This document shows, piece after piece, positions 10,038 to 19,925 of a stretch of DNA of 64,000 bases. The notes under the pieces are model-generated. The model made no database searches, had not been told where the DNA came from, and was given only the letters and a program-made list of their open reading frames with translations. Made by a program: the position numbers and the translations under genes. Source of the stretch: an uncultured Lachnospiraceae bacterium (GTDB lineage Bacteria > Bacillota > Clostridia > Lachnospirales > Lachnospiraceae); assembly GCA_947629565.1 (NCBI GenBank), contig CANREG010000004.1:7917-71916 (forward strand), written 5' to 3'. Position 1 is the first letter of the stretch, and each line of letters starts with the position of its first letter.

Positions 10038-12857
10038 ATGAAACAATACATTACCATCAAGGGTGCCAGAGAGCACAATCTGAAAAATATAGACATCAAG
10101 ATTCCCAGAGACGAGCTGGTGGTGCTGACAGGACTTTCCGGTTCCGGCAAGTCCTCCCTCGCCTTTGATACCATATATGCAGAGGGGCAGAGACGATATA
10201 TGGAGTCTCTGTCTTCTTACGCCAGACAGTTTTTAGGACAGGCAGAGAAGCCGGAGGTGGACAAGATTGAAGGTCTTTCTCCGGCCATTTCCATTGACCA
10301 GAAATCAACCAACCGCAATCCCCGTTCTACGGTGGGGACGGTGACGGAGATATATGATTATTTCCGCCTGCTCTATGCCAGAATCGGGATTCCCCATTGC
10401 CCGAAATGCGGGCGGGAGATTAAGCGGCAGACCGTAGACCAGATGGTAGACGCAGTGATGGAGCTGCCGGAGGGAACCAAGTTTCAGCTGTTAGCGCCGG
10501 TGGTCCGGGGCAGAAAGGGGCGGCATGAGAAGGTGCTCGCCCAGGCTAAGAGGAGCGGTTATGTCAGGGTGTTGGTCGACGGCTCCATGTACGATTTATC
10601 CGAGGAGATTACGCTTGACAAGAATAAAAAGCATGACATTTCCATTGTGGTGGACCGTCTTGTGGTAAAAAAGGGCATAGAGCGGAGATTAAATGATTCC
10701 ATTGAGGCGGTTATGAAACTGGCCGATGGCGTTATGGTGGTAGATGTGGTGGGAGGAACGCCGATTAACATGAGCTCCAGTTTTTCCTGTCCCGACTGCG
10801 GTATCAGCATCGATGAGATTGAGCCGAGAAGTTTTTCTTTTAATAATCCTTTTGGCGCGTGCCCGACCTGTTTTGGCCTGGGTTACAAGATGGAATTTGA
10901 TGTGGATTTGATGATTCCGGACCAGAGTATTTCCATTGCGGATGGCGCTATTGTGGTATTGGGCTGGCAGTCCTGCACCGACAAGAAATCCTATACCAGA
11001 GCAATTTTAGACGCTTTAGCCAAGGAATATAATTTTGACCTGAACACTCCCTTTAACCAGATGTCGGAGGAGGCAAGAAATATTATTCTTTACGGAACCG
11101 GCGGCCATGAGGTAAAGGTGCACTATAAGGGACAGCGAGGCGAAGGCATATATGATGTGGCCTTTGAGGGATTAATCCGCAATGTGCAGCGGCGGTACCG
11201 CGAGGTGGGTTCCGAGTCCATGAAGGAGGAATATGAGAGCTTTATGACCATAACCCCCTGTGACGACTGCGAAGGACAGCGGTTAAAAAAGGAATCTTTG
11301 GCGGTTACTGTGGCAGGAAAGAATATCTATGAGATTACCACTATGTCCATTGATAAGCTGGTGGATTTTTTAGAGCATATGGAGCTTACGGACCGTCAGC
11401 AGTTTATCGGCGGCGGCATATTAAAGGAGATAAAGGCAAGGCTGAATTTTCTGTTAGATGTGGGGTTGAATTATCTTGCCCTGTACCGGCCTACCGGAAC
11501 CCTTTCCGGCGGGGAGGCACAGCGAATCCGGCTGGCTACCCAGATTGGTTCCGGACTGGTGGGCGTGGCGTATATCTTAGACGAACCGAGCATTGGTCTT
11601 CACCAGCGGGACAACAGCAAGCTGATTGCCACCTTAAAGCACCTCAGGGATTTGGGCAATACCTTGATTGTGGTGGAGCATGACGAGGATACCATGTTGG
11701 CGGCGGACCATATTGTAGATATCGGCCCCGGCGCAGGGGAACAGGGCGGGGAAGTGATTGCCCAGGGTACGGCAGCCCAGATTATGAAGAGTAAAAAATC
11801 CATTACCGGCGCTTATCTTTCCGGAAGAATTAAGATTCCGGTGCCGGAGAAACGCAAGGAGCCTACCGGGTGGATTACCGTAAAGGGAGCCAGACAGAAC
11901 AATCTGAAAAATATTGATGTGGCCTTTCCTTTAGGCGTGATGACCTGTGTAACCGGCGTGTCCGGTTCAGGCAAGAGCTCTCTGGTGAATGAGATTTTAT
12001 ATAAGCATTTGGCGAGGGATTTGAACCGCGCCAGAATCAAACCCGGCGACCATGATGATATTGAGGGCTTAGAGCAGTTGGACAAGATTATCAATATCGA
12101 CCAGTCCCCCATTGGAAGGACGCCCCGTTCCAATCCCGCCACCTATACCGGCGTGTTTGACATGATTCGGGATTTGTTTGCGGGGACGAAGGAGGCCAAG
12201 GCAAAGGGATACAAGAAAGGACGGTTTTCCTTTAACATTTCCGGGGGCCGTTGCGAAGCCTGCAAGGGAGACGGCATTATCAAGATTGAGATGCATTTTC
12301 TGCCGGACGTCTATGTGCCCTGCGAAGTCTGCGGCGGCAAGCGGTATAACCGGGAGACGTTGGAGGTTACCTACAAGGGGAAGAATATATTTGATGTGCT
12401 GGATATGACTGTGGATGAGGCGTGTGTGTTCTTCCAGAATGTACCGTCCATTTTGCGGAAGATAGAGACATTAAAGGAAGTGGGCTTGGGATATATCCGG
12501 CTGGGGCAGCCCTCCACGACCTTAAGCGGCGGCGAGGCCCAGCGGGTGAAGCTGGCGACAGAGCTTTCGAGAAGAAGTACAGGCAAGACTATTTATGTCT
12601 TAGACGAGCCGACAACGGGACTGCATTTTGCGGATGTGCATAAGCTGGTGGAGATTTTGCACAGGCTGGCCGAGGGCGGCAATACCGTGGTGGTCATTGA
12701 ACACAATTTAGAGGTAATCAAGACGGCGGATTATATTATCGACATTGGACCGGAGGGCGGCGACCAGGGAGGTACGATTGTGGTTGCAGGAACCCCGGAG
12801 GAAGTAGTACAATGTAAGAAAAGCTATACAGGCCAGTATCTGGAACGGCTGTTGTAG
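10038..12857 (+). CDS. uvrA: excinuclease ABC subunit A
   Basis: Two ABC modules (GLSGSGKSS and GVSGSGKSS, two LSGGEAQR signatures) and zinc-finger Cys clusters. I chose the ATG at 10038 ([29 protein letters not shown]) rather than the longest-ORF start at 9969. Confidence 0.97.
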   Translation: MKQYITIKGAREHNLKNIDIKIPRDELVVLTGLSGSGKSSLAFDTIYAEGQRRYMESLSSYARQFLGQAEKPEVDKIEGLSPAISIDQKSTNRNPRSTVGTVTEIYDYFRLLYARIGIPHCPKCGREIKRQTVDQMVDAVMELPEGTKFQLLAPVVRGRKGRHEKVLAQAKRSGYVRVLVDGSMYDLSEEITLDKNKKHDISIVVDRLVVKKGIERRLNDSIEAVMKLADGVMVVDVVGGTPINMSSSFSCPDCGISIDEIEPRSFSFNNPFGACPTCFGLGYKMEFDVDLMIPDQSISIADGAIVVLGWQSCTDKKSYTRAILDALAKEYNFDLNTPFNQMSEEARNIILYGTGGHEVKVHYKGQRGEGIYDVAFEGLIRNVQRRYREVGSESMKEEYESFMTITPCDDCEGQRLKKESLAVTVAGKNIYEITTMSIDKLVDFLEHMELTDRQQFIGGGILKEIKARLNFLLDVGLNYLALYRPTGTLSGGEAQRIRLATQIGSGLVGVAYILDEPSIGLHQRDNSKLIATLKHLRDLGNTLIVVEHDEDTMLAADHIVDIGPGAGEQGGEVIAQGTAAQIMKSKKSITGAYLSGRIKIPVPEKRKEPTGWITVKGARQNNLKNIDVAFPLGVMTCVTGVSGSGKSSLVNEILYKHLARDLNRARIKPGDHDDIEGLEQLDKIINIDQSPIGRTPRSNPATYTGVFDMIRDLFAGTKEAKAKGYKKGRFSFNISGGRCEACKGDGIIKIEMHFLPDVYVPCEVCGGKRYNRETLEVTYKGKNIFDVLDMTVDEACVFFQNVPSILRKIETLKEVGLGYIRLGQPSTTLSGGEAQRVKLATELSRRSTGKTIYVLDEPTTGLHFADVHKLVEILHRLAEGGNTVVVIEHNLEVIKTADYIIDIGPEGGDQGGTIVVAGTPEEVVQCKKSYTGQYLERLL

Positions 12858-12912
12858 ATGCGAGCTTAGTCAGTAGGGACGCAATATCGATAAAATACAC
12901 AGGAGTGAGAAA

Positions 12913-14328
12913 ATGCGAATGATGACAAGAGACATTAGGGGGAACAGAGGATTTCGGATTGCTTTGGGATTTATGCTATTGGCGGTATGCGCGCTGCTGC
13001 CGTTAAACGTAAAGGCAGCGGGGGTTGATTTTGCCACCGGAGTAGCGCAGCTTCAGGCCAAGTTCCCTCAGGGAAAGTATTGGAACCATGTGGGACAGGC
13101 GGCTGATAATCCGGATGGGTGGACGGATTATCCCTGTACAGAACATAAGACGGCAGGGGTAGATCACATTTATGGAACTGGTGGCTGTACCTGTAATCAT
13201 TTTGCCTGCACAGGACATTTGTTAGCTACCCAGTGTATGGGATTTGCCAATAAGCTGGGGTATGACGTATTTGGAGATACCAAATGGACGAAAGTTTCTA
13301 ATCCGGATGCAACGCAGATTGCCAATATTCAGATTGGTGATATTGTGCGTTTAAATAATGATTCCCATTCTGTCTTTGTGATTGGAAAAAACGGCAATGT
13401 CATAACTGTGGGAGAAGCCAATTATCCCAGAGATTGTCAGATTAATTGGAATCGGCAGGTGGATTTGTCCCAGGATACGGTGACATACTATGAACATGCG
13501 ATTAACTATGAATCTGTAATGGCGAACGGTATCCAACAGCCAATAACGCCGCAGCAACCGGTGACGCCGCAACAGCCAGTGACGCCGCAGCAGCCGGCAA
13601 CGCCTGAACAACCGGCTCCCGGACAGCCGGGGGGAGAGCAGTCTGCTGCTGATTCCGGAGACAATTTCACCGGCTGGAGGTTGGCGGCGGATAACCAGCA
13701 TTATCAATATTTTGAAGGTGGTCGGTTACAGACAGGAAAATGGCTTACCGTCGGGAATAATAAATATTATGTGGATGAATCGGGATACCGTGTCACAGGT
13801 TTTTATAAAATCAAAGAACAGCCCTATTATTTTGATAACGACGGCGTCATGCAAAAAAAGAAATGGATAACGGTTGGCAACGATACTTATTATGTGAATG
13901 AAGACGGTCTCGTCCTGTTAAAACAATGGCTCTATTATGGCAATACCTTGGTTTATGTGACCTCTGACGGCTCCATTGCCAGAAATGAATTAGTCAAAAT
14001 CAGCGGGAAAACCTATTATTTTAATGGAAAGGGCAAGCGCTCGAAGGGCTTTAAGAAGGTCAACGGAAAGTATTATTACTGCAACAGTAAAGGAATTGTG
14101 TTAAAGAAACAGTGGATTAAAAAAGGCGGGAAATCTTATTATCTCCAGAAATCCGGCGTCCGGGCGCAGTCTAAGCTTATAAAGATCGGAAAATACAGAT
14201 ATTATTTTAATAATAAGGGCTATATGGTGAAGAAAAAATACATAGCCTATGACGGTGATGTATACAGAGCAGACAAGTACGGACATTGCAAATTATGCCC
14301 GGATTTGTCGGAGGAAGATATTGAATAA
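12913..14328 (+). CDS. secreted cell-wall-binding-repeat protein with an N-terminal papain-like (CHAP/NlpC-like) domain
   Basis: Signal peptide; candidate Cys/His pair (TQCMGFANKLGY ... GDIVRLNNDSHSVFV); a PQQPVTPQQPVTPQQPATPEQP linker; about 10 CW_binding_1-type repeats (YYFDNDG, YYVNEDG, YYFNGKG...). Confidence 0.75.
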   Translation: MRMMTRDIRGNRGFRIALGFMLLAVCALLPLNVKAAGVDFATGVAQLQAKFPQGKYWNHVGQAADNPDGWTDYPCTEHKTAGVDHIYGTGGCTCNHFACTGHLLATQCMGFANKLGYDVFGDTKWTKVSNPDATQIANIQIGDIVRLNNDSHSVFVIGKNGNVITVGEANYPRDCQINWNRQVDLSQDTVTYYEHAINYESVMANGIQQPITPQQPVTPQQPVTPQQPATPEQPAPGQPGGEQSAADSGDNFTGWRLAADNQHYQYFEGGRLQTGKWLTVGNNKYYVDESGYRVTGFYKIKEQPYYFDNDGVMQKKKWITVGNDTYYVNEDGLVLLKQWLYYGNTLVYVTSDGSIARNELVKISGKTYYFNGKGKRSKGFKKVNGKYYYCNSKGIVLKKQWIKKGGKSYYLQKSGVRAQSKLIKIGKYRYYFNNKGYMVKKKYIAYDGDVYRADKYGHCKLCPDLSEEDIE

Positions 14329-14549
14329 TGTGCTGTAACAGGCTGATTACAATATAATAATAAAATAATGATTTGCAGCAGATAAATTACAATATAATAA
14401 AATAAGCATAATCCTGTAGGGGAATGCTGCAAATTGTCGAGACATAGATAATTTCAGCATAATTTTGTGGACGATACCGGCTATACCGGATATTCATCCC
14501 CCTGTATACTCAATGTATATGCATGAAAGCGATATAGGGAGGACGGAAT

Positions 14550-15266
14550 ATGAAGGAAGAGTATTATCTGATTAAGGAAGCGGCGGCAATGGTAGGAGTG
14601 GAGTCCCATGTTCTCCGTTACTGGGAGGAAGAATTGAAGATGGATATCCATCGCAATGAAATGGGGCATAGATATTATACGAAGAAGGATATTGAGGTGC
14701 TTTCCAAGGTGCGCATTTTAAAGGAAAAGGGATTGCAGCTTAAGGCTATCCGCAATTATCTGGATATGCGCAGGGAGCAGATTGCCAAGGGAGAGGACAA
14801 GCCATCCTCTGATAAAAAGGAGTTTTCTTCTGAGGAGCTGGCAAGGCAGACCAAGGAGGCGGAGCTGGTATCGGTAAAACAGCAGATTCTCTCCAACGAG
14901 GAGAAAATGGAACAGTTCCAGCAGCTTATGAGCCGCATTTTATCGAACGCCATTCAGGAAAACAATGAGCTGATTGGGAAGAGCGCCGGAGAGCATGCGG
15001 CCAATGCGGTAGTTACGCAGATTACCGGAATGACGAAGGAGCAGGAGGCGAGAGCCGAGGAACGGTATCAGAAATTAGACCAGACTCTGCGGGAGATTCA
15101 GAAGGCGAGACAGGAAGCGGCAGCGGCGAATATGCGCCCCATTGACCGCAGACGGCAGAAGCGGCTAAAGCGCAGGAGCAACCAGGCGGTGAACAGTGAG
15201 CCGGTGGAAGCAGCGGAGACGGAAGAACAGGAAAAAGTGCAGGAAGCGGCGGAGAGCGCAGAATAG
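14550..15266 (+). CDS. MerR-family transcriptional regulator with a long charged C-terminal tail
   Basis: N-terminal YLIKEAAAMVGVESHVLRYWEEEL...RYYTKKDIEVLSKVRILKEKGLQLKAIRNYL is a classical MerR HTH. The rest is a Glu/Lys/Gln-rich, coiled-coil-like region. Confidence 0.8.
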   Translation: MKEEYYLIKEAAAMVGVESHVLRYWEEELKMDIHRNEMGHRYYTKKDIEVLSKVRILKEKGLQLKAIRNYLDMRREQIAKGEDKPSSDKKEFSSEELARQTKEAELVSVKQQILSNEEKMEQFQQLMSRILSNAIQENNELIGKSAGEHAANAVVTQITGMTKEQEARAEERYQKLDQTLREIQKARQEAAAANMRPIDRRRQKRLKRRSNQAVNSEPVEAAETEEQEKVQEAAESAE

Positions 15267-15426
15267 TCAAAACAGGAAAATGGCTGATTTTTTGCGCTTG
15301 GGCTTGCATTTTGTTCTGTTTTTGTATAATATAGGTATCTGGGTGGTGCAGGGCAGCACCTTTTTACTGTTACAGAGAATATGACAGACCGATGCGAATA
15401 TATTTTGGAAGAGGAGAATACATAAG

Positions 15427-16359
15427 ATGAAAAATATGATAAATTTCAGCAATTTCAGTAAGGAGGAATTGAATTCCATACTGGAACTGGCTTATGATAT
15501 GAAGAAGAATCCGGATAAATATGCAAAGGCGTTAGCGGGAAAGAAGCTGTATACCCTGTTTGAGAAGACTTCTACCCGTACCTTTCTATCCTTTACTACG
15601 GGAATTACGGAGTTAGGAGGCACCTATTATAACCAGCTTTGGCGGGATTCCAATTTTGTGCTGGGAGAACCGGTATCCGAGATTAAATATGTGTGCCGGA
15701 ATGTGGATATCATTATGGCCCGCTTGATTAAGAATGAAACGGTGGAGCTGTTTAACCGCAATGTGACAGTTCCCTTTATCAATGGCTGCGATTCCACCTA
15801 TCACCCCTGCCAGATTCTGGCGGACGCCCTGACCTTAAAGGAACATTTCGGAAGTCTTAAGGTAAATCTGTTATATATCGGAGCCAAGAACAATGTCTTT
15901 AATTCTTTAGTGGAATTTTTTGCCAAGATGCAGGAGGGGACCATTTACGGCTTAACCCCGTTGGTCAATGATACGGCGGTAGCACCGGATTTCTATGAAA
16001 AGGCGAAAGCAACCGGGCATTATGTGGAATTAGATCCCACCATGTCCATGGAAGAGGCGAAGGACTATGTGGCCCGGATGGATGTGCTTTACACAGATAC
16101 CTGGGTGGACATGGAATTTTTCAATAACCCGGATTATCAGGAGCAGAAAGAGGAGACATTGGCAAAGATGATGCCTTACCAGATTAACCGGGAACTGATT
16201 GCCGGACATAAGGTAAAGGTAATGCACGATATGCCTATGCATGTAGGCTATGAAATCAGCCAGGAGGTCGTAGACGATAATCTGGACGTGATTTTGGATC
16301 AGGCGGAGAACCGCCGGCATGCGGAAAAAGCGGTTATGGTGACGCTGCTTACACAGTAG
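15427..16359 (+). CDS. divergent aspartate/ornithine carbamoyltransferase-family protein (OTC-like, non-canonical active-site motifs)
   Basis: OTC-like over its full length (FEKTSTRT.., HPCQILAD, YTDTW, DQAENRRHAEKAV). It has STRTF instead of STRTR, TDTWVDME instead of DxWxSMG, and MHDMP instead of HCLP. Confidence 0.7.
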   Translation: MKNMINFSNFSKEELNSILELAYDMKKNPDKYAKALAGKKLYTLFEKTSTRTFLSFTTGITELGGTYYNQLWRDSNFVLGEPVSEIKYVCRNVDIIMARLIKNETVELFNRNVTVPFINGCDSTYHPCQILADALTLKEHFGSLKVNLLYIGAKNNVFNSLVEFFAKMQEGTIYGLTPLVNDTAVAPDFYEKAKATGHYVELDPTMSMEEAKDYVARMDVLYTDTWVDMEFFNNPDYQEQKEETLAKMMPYQINRELIAGHKVKVMHDMPMHVGYEISQEVVDDNLDVILDQAENRRHAEKAVMVTLLTQ

Positions 16360-16519
16360 ACAACAGACAGTAAAATCCTGAGAATTTGTTTCTTGGGATT
16401 TTTTTATGTTAGCAATTGTAAAATTAAGATGGATTTTTAAGCCTATCTATAGTATTATAGTAATATATGTGCAAAACTTAGGGCAATTCACTCCCCTTTA
16501 CGGGAGAAAGGATGATTGT

Positions 16520-17899
16520 ATGAGCGAGCGTACAAAGCCATGTATTCCGGAGGTATCCGTATCTCAGGACATGATGACGGTAAAGTTAAGATTGAACTTA
16601 AAGAATGACGGTCCGCAGTTTGACTTGGCAGAGTTAAAGGAACTGCTGCGAAGCCATGACGTTAAGGCCGGTATTATGGATGAGGCAATCGAGGAAATGA
16701 TTGCCCATGATATATATGGCGCCTTTGTGGATGTTGCAAGGGGAAAGCAGCCGGAAAAAGGGCAGGATGGAAGCTATGTCTTTCATTTTGAAAATGCTTC
16801 GGATGAGACCGGGCCGAAGGAATTAGAAGACGGTTCTGTCGAATATATCCATACGAAAGAGTATACCATTGTGGAAGAGGGAGAGCTGTTAGCAGAATAT
16901 GTTCCTGCTACCAACGGAGTGTATGGATATACGGTAGGCAATCAGATGTTGAGCCCGTTGCGGGGAAAGGAGTTGCCGCCTCTGCGCTGCAAGGGCGTCC
17001 GCCGGGAGGACAACAAATATTTTGCCTTGTGTCATGGTAAGGCAGAGTATACGGACAGCGGGATCTATGTCACCAATGTGTTAGAGATAAAAGGCGACGC
17101 AGATATCAGCGTGGGGCATATCAATTTTGACGGGGATGTGCTGATAACCGGAGATGTGAAATCCGGCATAACGGTAAAGGCCACCGGCAATATTGAGATT
17201 AGAGGACATGTTGGCAATTCCATAGTGGAAGCGGGAAAGGATATTATAATCCACAATGGAATGCAGGGCAAATTTTCCGGAAGGCTGCAGGCCGGAGGGG
17301 ATATTTCGTGCAAATTCTTTGAAAACGCCCAGGCGACAGCAGTGGGGAATATCAATGTCCGCACGGTTATGAATTCCAATCTGGAGACCGAGGGCAAGGT
17401 TATCGTAGAAGGTAAAGAGTCTGTGGTGCTTGGCGGTTCCATCTATGCGGTGCAGGGAATCGATGCCAGTGAAGTGGGCAATGAAATGGAGATAGAGACG
17501 ATTTTGGTAGCAGGAACGCTGCCAAAGATGCTGAGGCGGGATATGGAGCTGGCTCAGTTGATTAAGAAGACGGAAGGCGAGGTGGACCTTCTTGACCGTT
17601 CCGCCAAGATTTTGAACCGTATGGATCAGACGAAGGTAGCTAAAGAGACCAGCAACAGAAGGCTTAAGATTATACAGGCTAAGGTCATTAAGACGACGGA
17701 GCTCAAGAAATATCAGGAGGAGAAGATTCGGAGTGAGGCGCTGATTGACAGCGGCAAGCATGCGGAGATTGTGGTGCGCAAGGTGATTTATCCCGGCTGC
17801 GTGATAGAGATTGCAGGCAACAGGCTGCTTTTGAAGGATTCCTTAAGACGGTCAAAATTTGTCTTAAGAGATGGAAGCGTCCGGGCTATCCTGTTATAG
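16520..17899 (+). CDS. FapA/DUF342-family protein (beta-helix repeat protein)
   Basis: Central repeat region GDVLITGDVKSGITVKATGNIEIRGHVGNSIVEAGKDIIIHNG... is typical of DUF342. Start moved to ATG 16520 (MSERTKP, RBS GGGAGAAAGGA). Confidence 0.7.
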   Translation: MSERTKPCIPEVSVSQDMMTVKLRLNLKNDGPQFDLAELKELLRSHDVKAGIMDEAIEEMIAHDIYGAFVDVARGKQPEKGQDGSYVFHFENASDETGPKELEDGSVEYIHTKEYTIVEEGELLAEYVPATNGVYGYTVGNQMLSPLRGKELPPLRCKGVRREDNKYFALCHGKAEYTDSGIYVTNVLEIKGDADISVGHINFDGDVLITGDVKSGITVKATGNIEIRGHVGNSIVEAGKDIIIHNGMQGKFSGRLQAGGDISCKFFENAQATAVGNINVRTVMNSNLETEGKVIVEGKESVVLGGSIYAVQGIDASEVGNEMEIETILVAGTLPKMLRRDMELAQLIKKTEGEVDLLDRSAKILNRMDQTKVAKETSNRRLKIIQAKVIKTTELKKYQEEKIRSEALIDSGKHAEIVVRKVIYPGCVIEIAGNRLLLKDSLRRSKFVLRDGSVRAILL

Positions 17900-17939
17900 C
17901 GGACGGATTGACTCTGGGTGCAAGAGGTGGAGCGGGATC

Positions 17940-18428
17940 ATGAAGATCGATTTCATATTGAATGTGTTGGCCATTATCCTGTTTTTGGGATTTGGCATGG
18001 CGGCATTGATTGCCTTTACGACGATTGACAGGCAGAAGGAGATTGTCATTTTCAGCCGGTACGGAAGGCAGACCGGTCCTTTGGAGATTATATATGTGAA
18101 TCTGGCTTTGCTGCTGGTGGCGGGTATGCTTTATGTGCAAAGCTATCGGTTTCTGCCGGCGCTTATCGCATTTATTCTGTTGATTTTTTTTAACAGCCGG
18201 ATGCAGAGCGGGATTACGCCCGACGGAATATATATTGGAACAACCTATCTGGAATGGGAGAAAATTAGGGGCTACCGGTTTGTGAATAGTGAAATCAGCA
18301 CTCTGGAGATACAGATATATGCCAACCGGAAACGCTATGTGTTAAAATGCGAGAAGCAGTACCGGGAGCAGATTAAGAAATATCTTGAGCAGTATGACAT
18401 TCCTGTGTGGAGTGAAAAGGAGGCGTAG
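17940..18428 (+). CDS. small membrane protein (2-3 TM helices plus a soluble C-terminal domain)
   Basis: [26 protein letters not shown]... The stop TAG 18426-18428 is followed 1 nt later by the pyrB ATG at 18430. Start chosen at ATG 17940. Confidence 0.55.
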   Translation: MKIDFILNVLAIILFLGFGMAALIAFTTIDRQKEIVIFSRYGRQTGPLEIIYVNLALLLVAGMLYVQSYRFLPALIAFILLIFFNSRMQSGITPDGIYIGTTYLEWEKIRGYRFVNSEISTLEIQIYANRKRYVLKCEKQYREQIKKYLEQYDIPVWSEKEA

Positions 18429-18429
18429 A

Positions 18430-19353
18430 ATGAGACATTTAATTGACCCCATGGATTTAAGTGTGGAGGAGATTGAGGAGCTGCTGGATTTGGCGGACGA
18501 TATCATTGCTCACAAGGAGAAATATGCAAAGGTCTGCGAGGGGAAAAAGCTGGCGACCTTATTTTTTGAACCAAGTACGAGAACCCGTTTAAGCTTTGAG
18601 GCGGCCATGATGGAGTTAGGGGGCAATGTACTTGGTTTTTCTTCGTCTGATTCTTCTTCCTCCGCCAAGGGCGAAAGCGTGGCGGATACGGTAAAGGTGG
18701 TGTCCTGTTATGCGGACATTATCGCCATGCGGCATCCCAAGGAGGGCGCGCCGCTGTTAGCCTCCTTAAAATCCGACGCCCCCATTATCAATGCCGGTGA
18801 CGGCGGGCACAACCACCCGACGCAGACCTTGACGGACCTGCTGACGATACGGCGGGAGAAGGGAAAGCTTTCCGATGTGACCGTCGGCTTTTGCGGGGAT
18901 TTAAAGTTTGGCCGCACTGTTCATTCTCTGATTAAGGCCCTGTCCCGCTATGAAAATATCCGGTATATTATGATTTCCCCGGTGGAGCTGGAGATTCCCA
19001 AGTATCTGCGGGAGGAGGTATTTGAGCAGAAGGGGATTTCCTATGAACAGGTTCGGACCATTGACGAGGTGATTGACCGGCTGGATATTCTGTATATGAC
19101 CAGGGTGCAGCGGGAGCGGTTCTTTAACGAGGCGGATTATATCCGGTTGAAGGATACCTATATTCTGGATATGCCGAAATTAAAAAACGCCAAGGAAGAT
19201 TTAAGTATTCTCCACCCCCTTCCAAGAGTAAATGAAATCTCGGTGGAGGTGGACGATGATCCGAGGGCCTGCTATTTCAGGCAGGCGCTAAACGGTAAGT
19301 ACGTGCGCATGGCGCTGATTATGAAGCTTTTAGGGATAGAGAAACCGGAGTAG
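18430..19353 (+). CDS. pyrB: aspartate carbamoyltransferase catalytic subunit
   Basis: Canonical motifs [17 protein letters not shown] and LHPLPRV. Start at ATG 18430 ([11 protein letters not shown]). Confidence 0.95.
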   Translation: MRHLIDPMDLSVEEIEELLDLADDIIAHKEKYAKVCEGKKLATLFFEPSTRTRLSFEAAMMELGGNVLGFSSSDSSSSAKGESVADTVKVVSCYADIIAMRHPKEGAPLLASLKSDAPIINAGDGGHNHPTQTLTDLLTIRREKGKLSDVTVGFCGDLKFGRTVHSLIKALSRYENIRYIMISPVELEIPKYLREEVFEQKGISYEQVRTIDEVIDRLDILYMTRVQRERFFNEADYIRLKDTYILDMPKLKNAKEDLSILHPLPRVNEISVEVDDDPRACYFRQALNGKYVRMALIMKLLGIEKPE

Positions 19354-19364
19354 GAGGGAACCTC

Positions 19365-19802
19365 ATGAAGATAGACAGTATTCAAAACGGAATTGTACTA
19401 GACCATATTACCGCAGGCAAGGCAATGCTGATATATAAATATCTGGGCTTGGATAAATTAGACTGCTCTGTGGCAATCATTCAGAATGCGACCAGCCATA
19501 AAATGGGAAGAAAGGATATTTTGAAGATTGACCATGCGGATTATGATATCAATCTGGATATCTTAGGCTATGTGGACCCGGGAATATCCGTCAGCTTTAT
19601 CAAGGACGGAAAGACCATTGAGAAGAAAAAGGTGGATTTGCCGGAGAGAATCGTCAATGTGGTAAAATGCAAAAATCCCCGCTGTATTACGACTACGGAA
19701 CAGGGGATTCAGCAGATATTTAAATTAGCGGATGCGCAGAAAAGGATTTATCGGTGTATTTACTGTGAAACCGAGGATCAGGGCGAACGCATCAGCTGGT
19801 AA
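19365..19802 (+). CDS. pyrI: aspartate carbamoyltransferase regulatory subunit
   Basis: 145 aa with C-terminal zinc-binding cysteines CKNPRCIT...YRCIYCE. Lies directly after pyrB. RBS AGGAGGG. Confidence 0.9.
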   Translation: MKIDSIQNGIVLDHITAGKAMLIYKYLGLDKLDCSVAIIQNATSHKMGRKDILKIDHADYDINLDILGYVDPGISVSFIKDGKTIEKKKVDLPERIVNVVKCKNPRCITTTEQGIQQIFKLADAQKRIYRCIYCETEDQGERISW

Positions 19803-19845
19803 TCATTAAGAAATTATTAATTTTTAGCTTTTATCCAGAAAAAAG

Positions 19846-19873
19846 TTTACAAATTTTCTAATCATGTTATAAT
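19846..19873 (+). promoter_or_regulatory. putative sigma-A promoter of murA
   Basis: -35 TTTACA (19846-19851), 16-nt spacer, extended -10 TGtTATAAT (-10 at 19868-19873). Confidence 0.5.
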
Positions 19874-19925
19874 CAGAATGATTAAGTCTATAGAATCATA
19901 GACAAGCCTAATAAGGGGTGCACTA

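Noticed and set aside
14346-14410. Direct repeat ATTACAATATAATAA(TA)AAATAA, two copies about 41 bp apart, downstream of the cell-wall-binding-repeat gene.
   Set aside because: It is low-complexity A/T sequence in an intergenic region with no associated structure or gene context, and is probably a duplication of no clear significance.
15340-15365. Small hairpin plus U-run upstream of the OTC-like gene, considered as a PyrR attenuator.
   Set aside because: No PyrR binding-loop consensus (ARUCCAGAGAGGYU-like) is visible. The stem is only 5 bp. It is mentioned only as context in the transcarbamylase finding.
17081-17761. 226-aa minus-strand ORF inside the FapA/DUF342 gene. Similar cases are the 176-aa ORF at 20712-21242 inside murA and the 174-aa ORF at 52127-52651.
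   Set aside because: They lie antisense to genes with clear family motifs, and have no RBS or recognisable domain.
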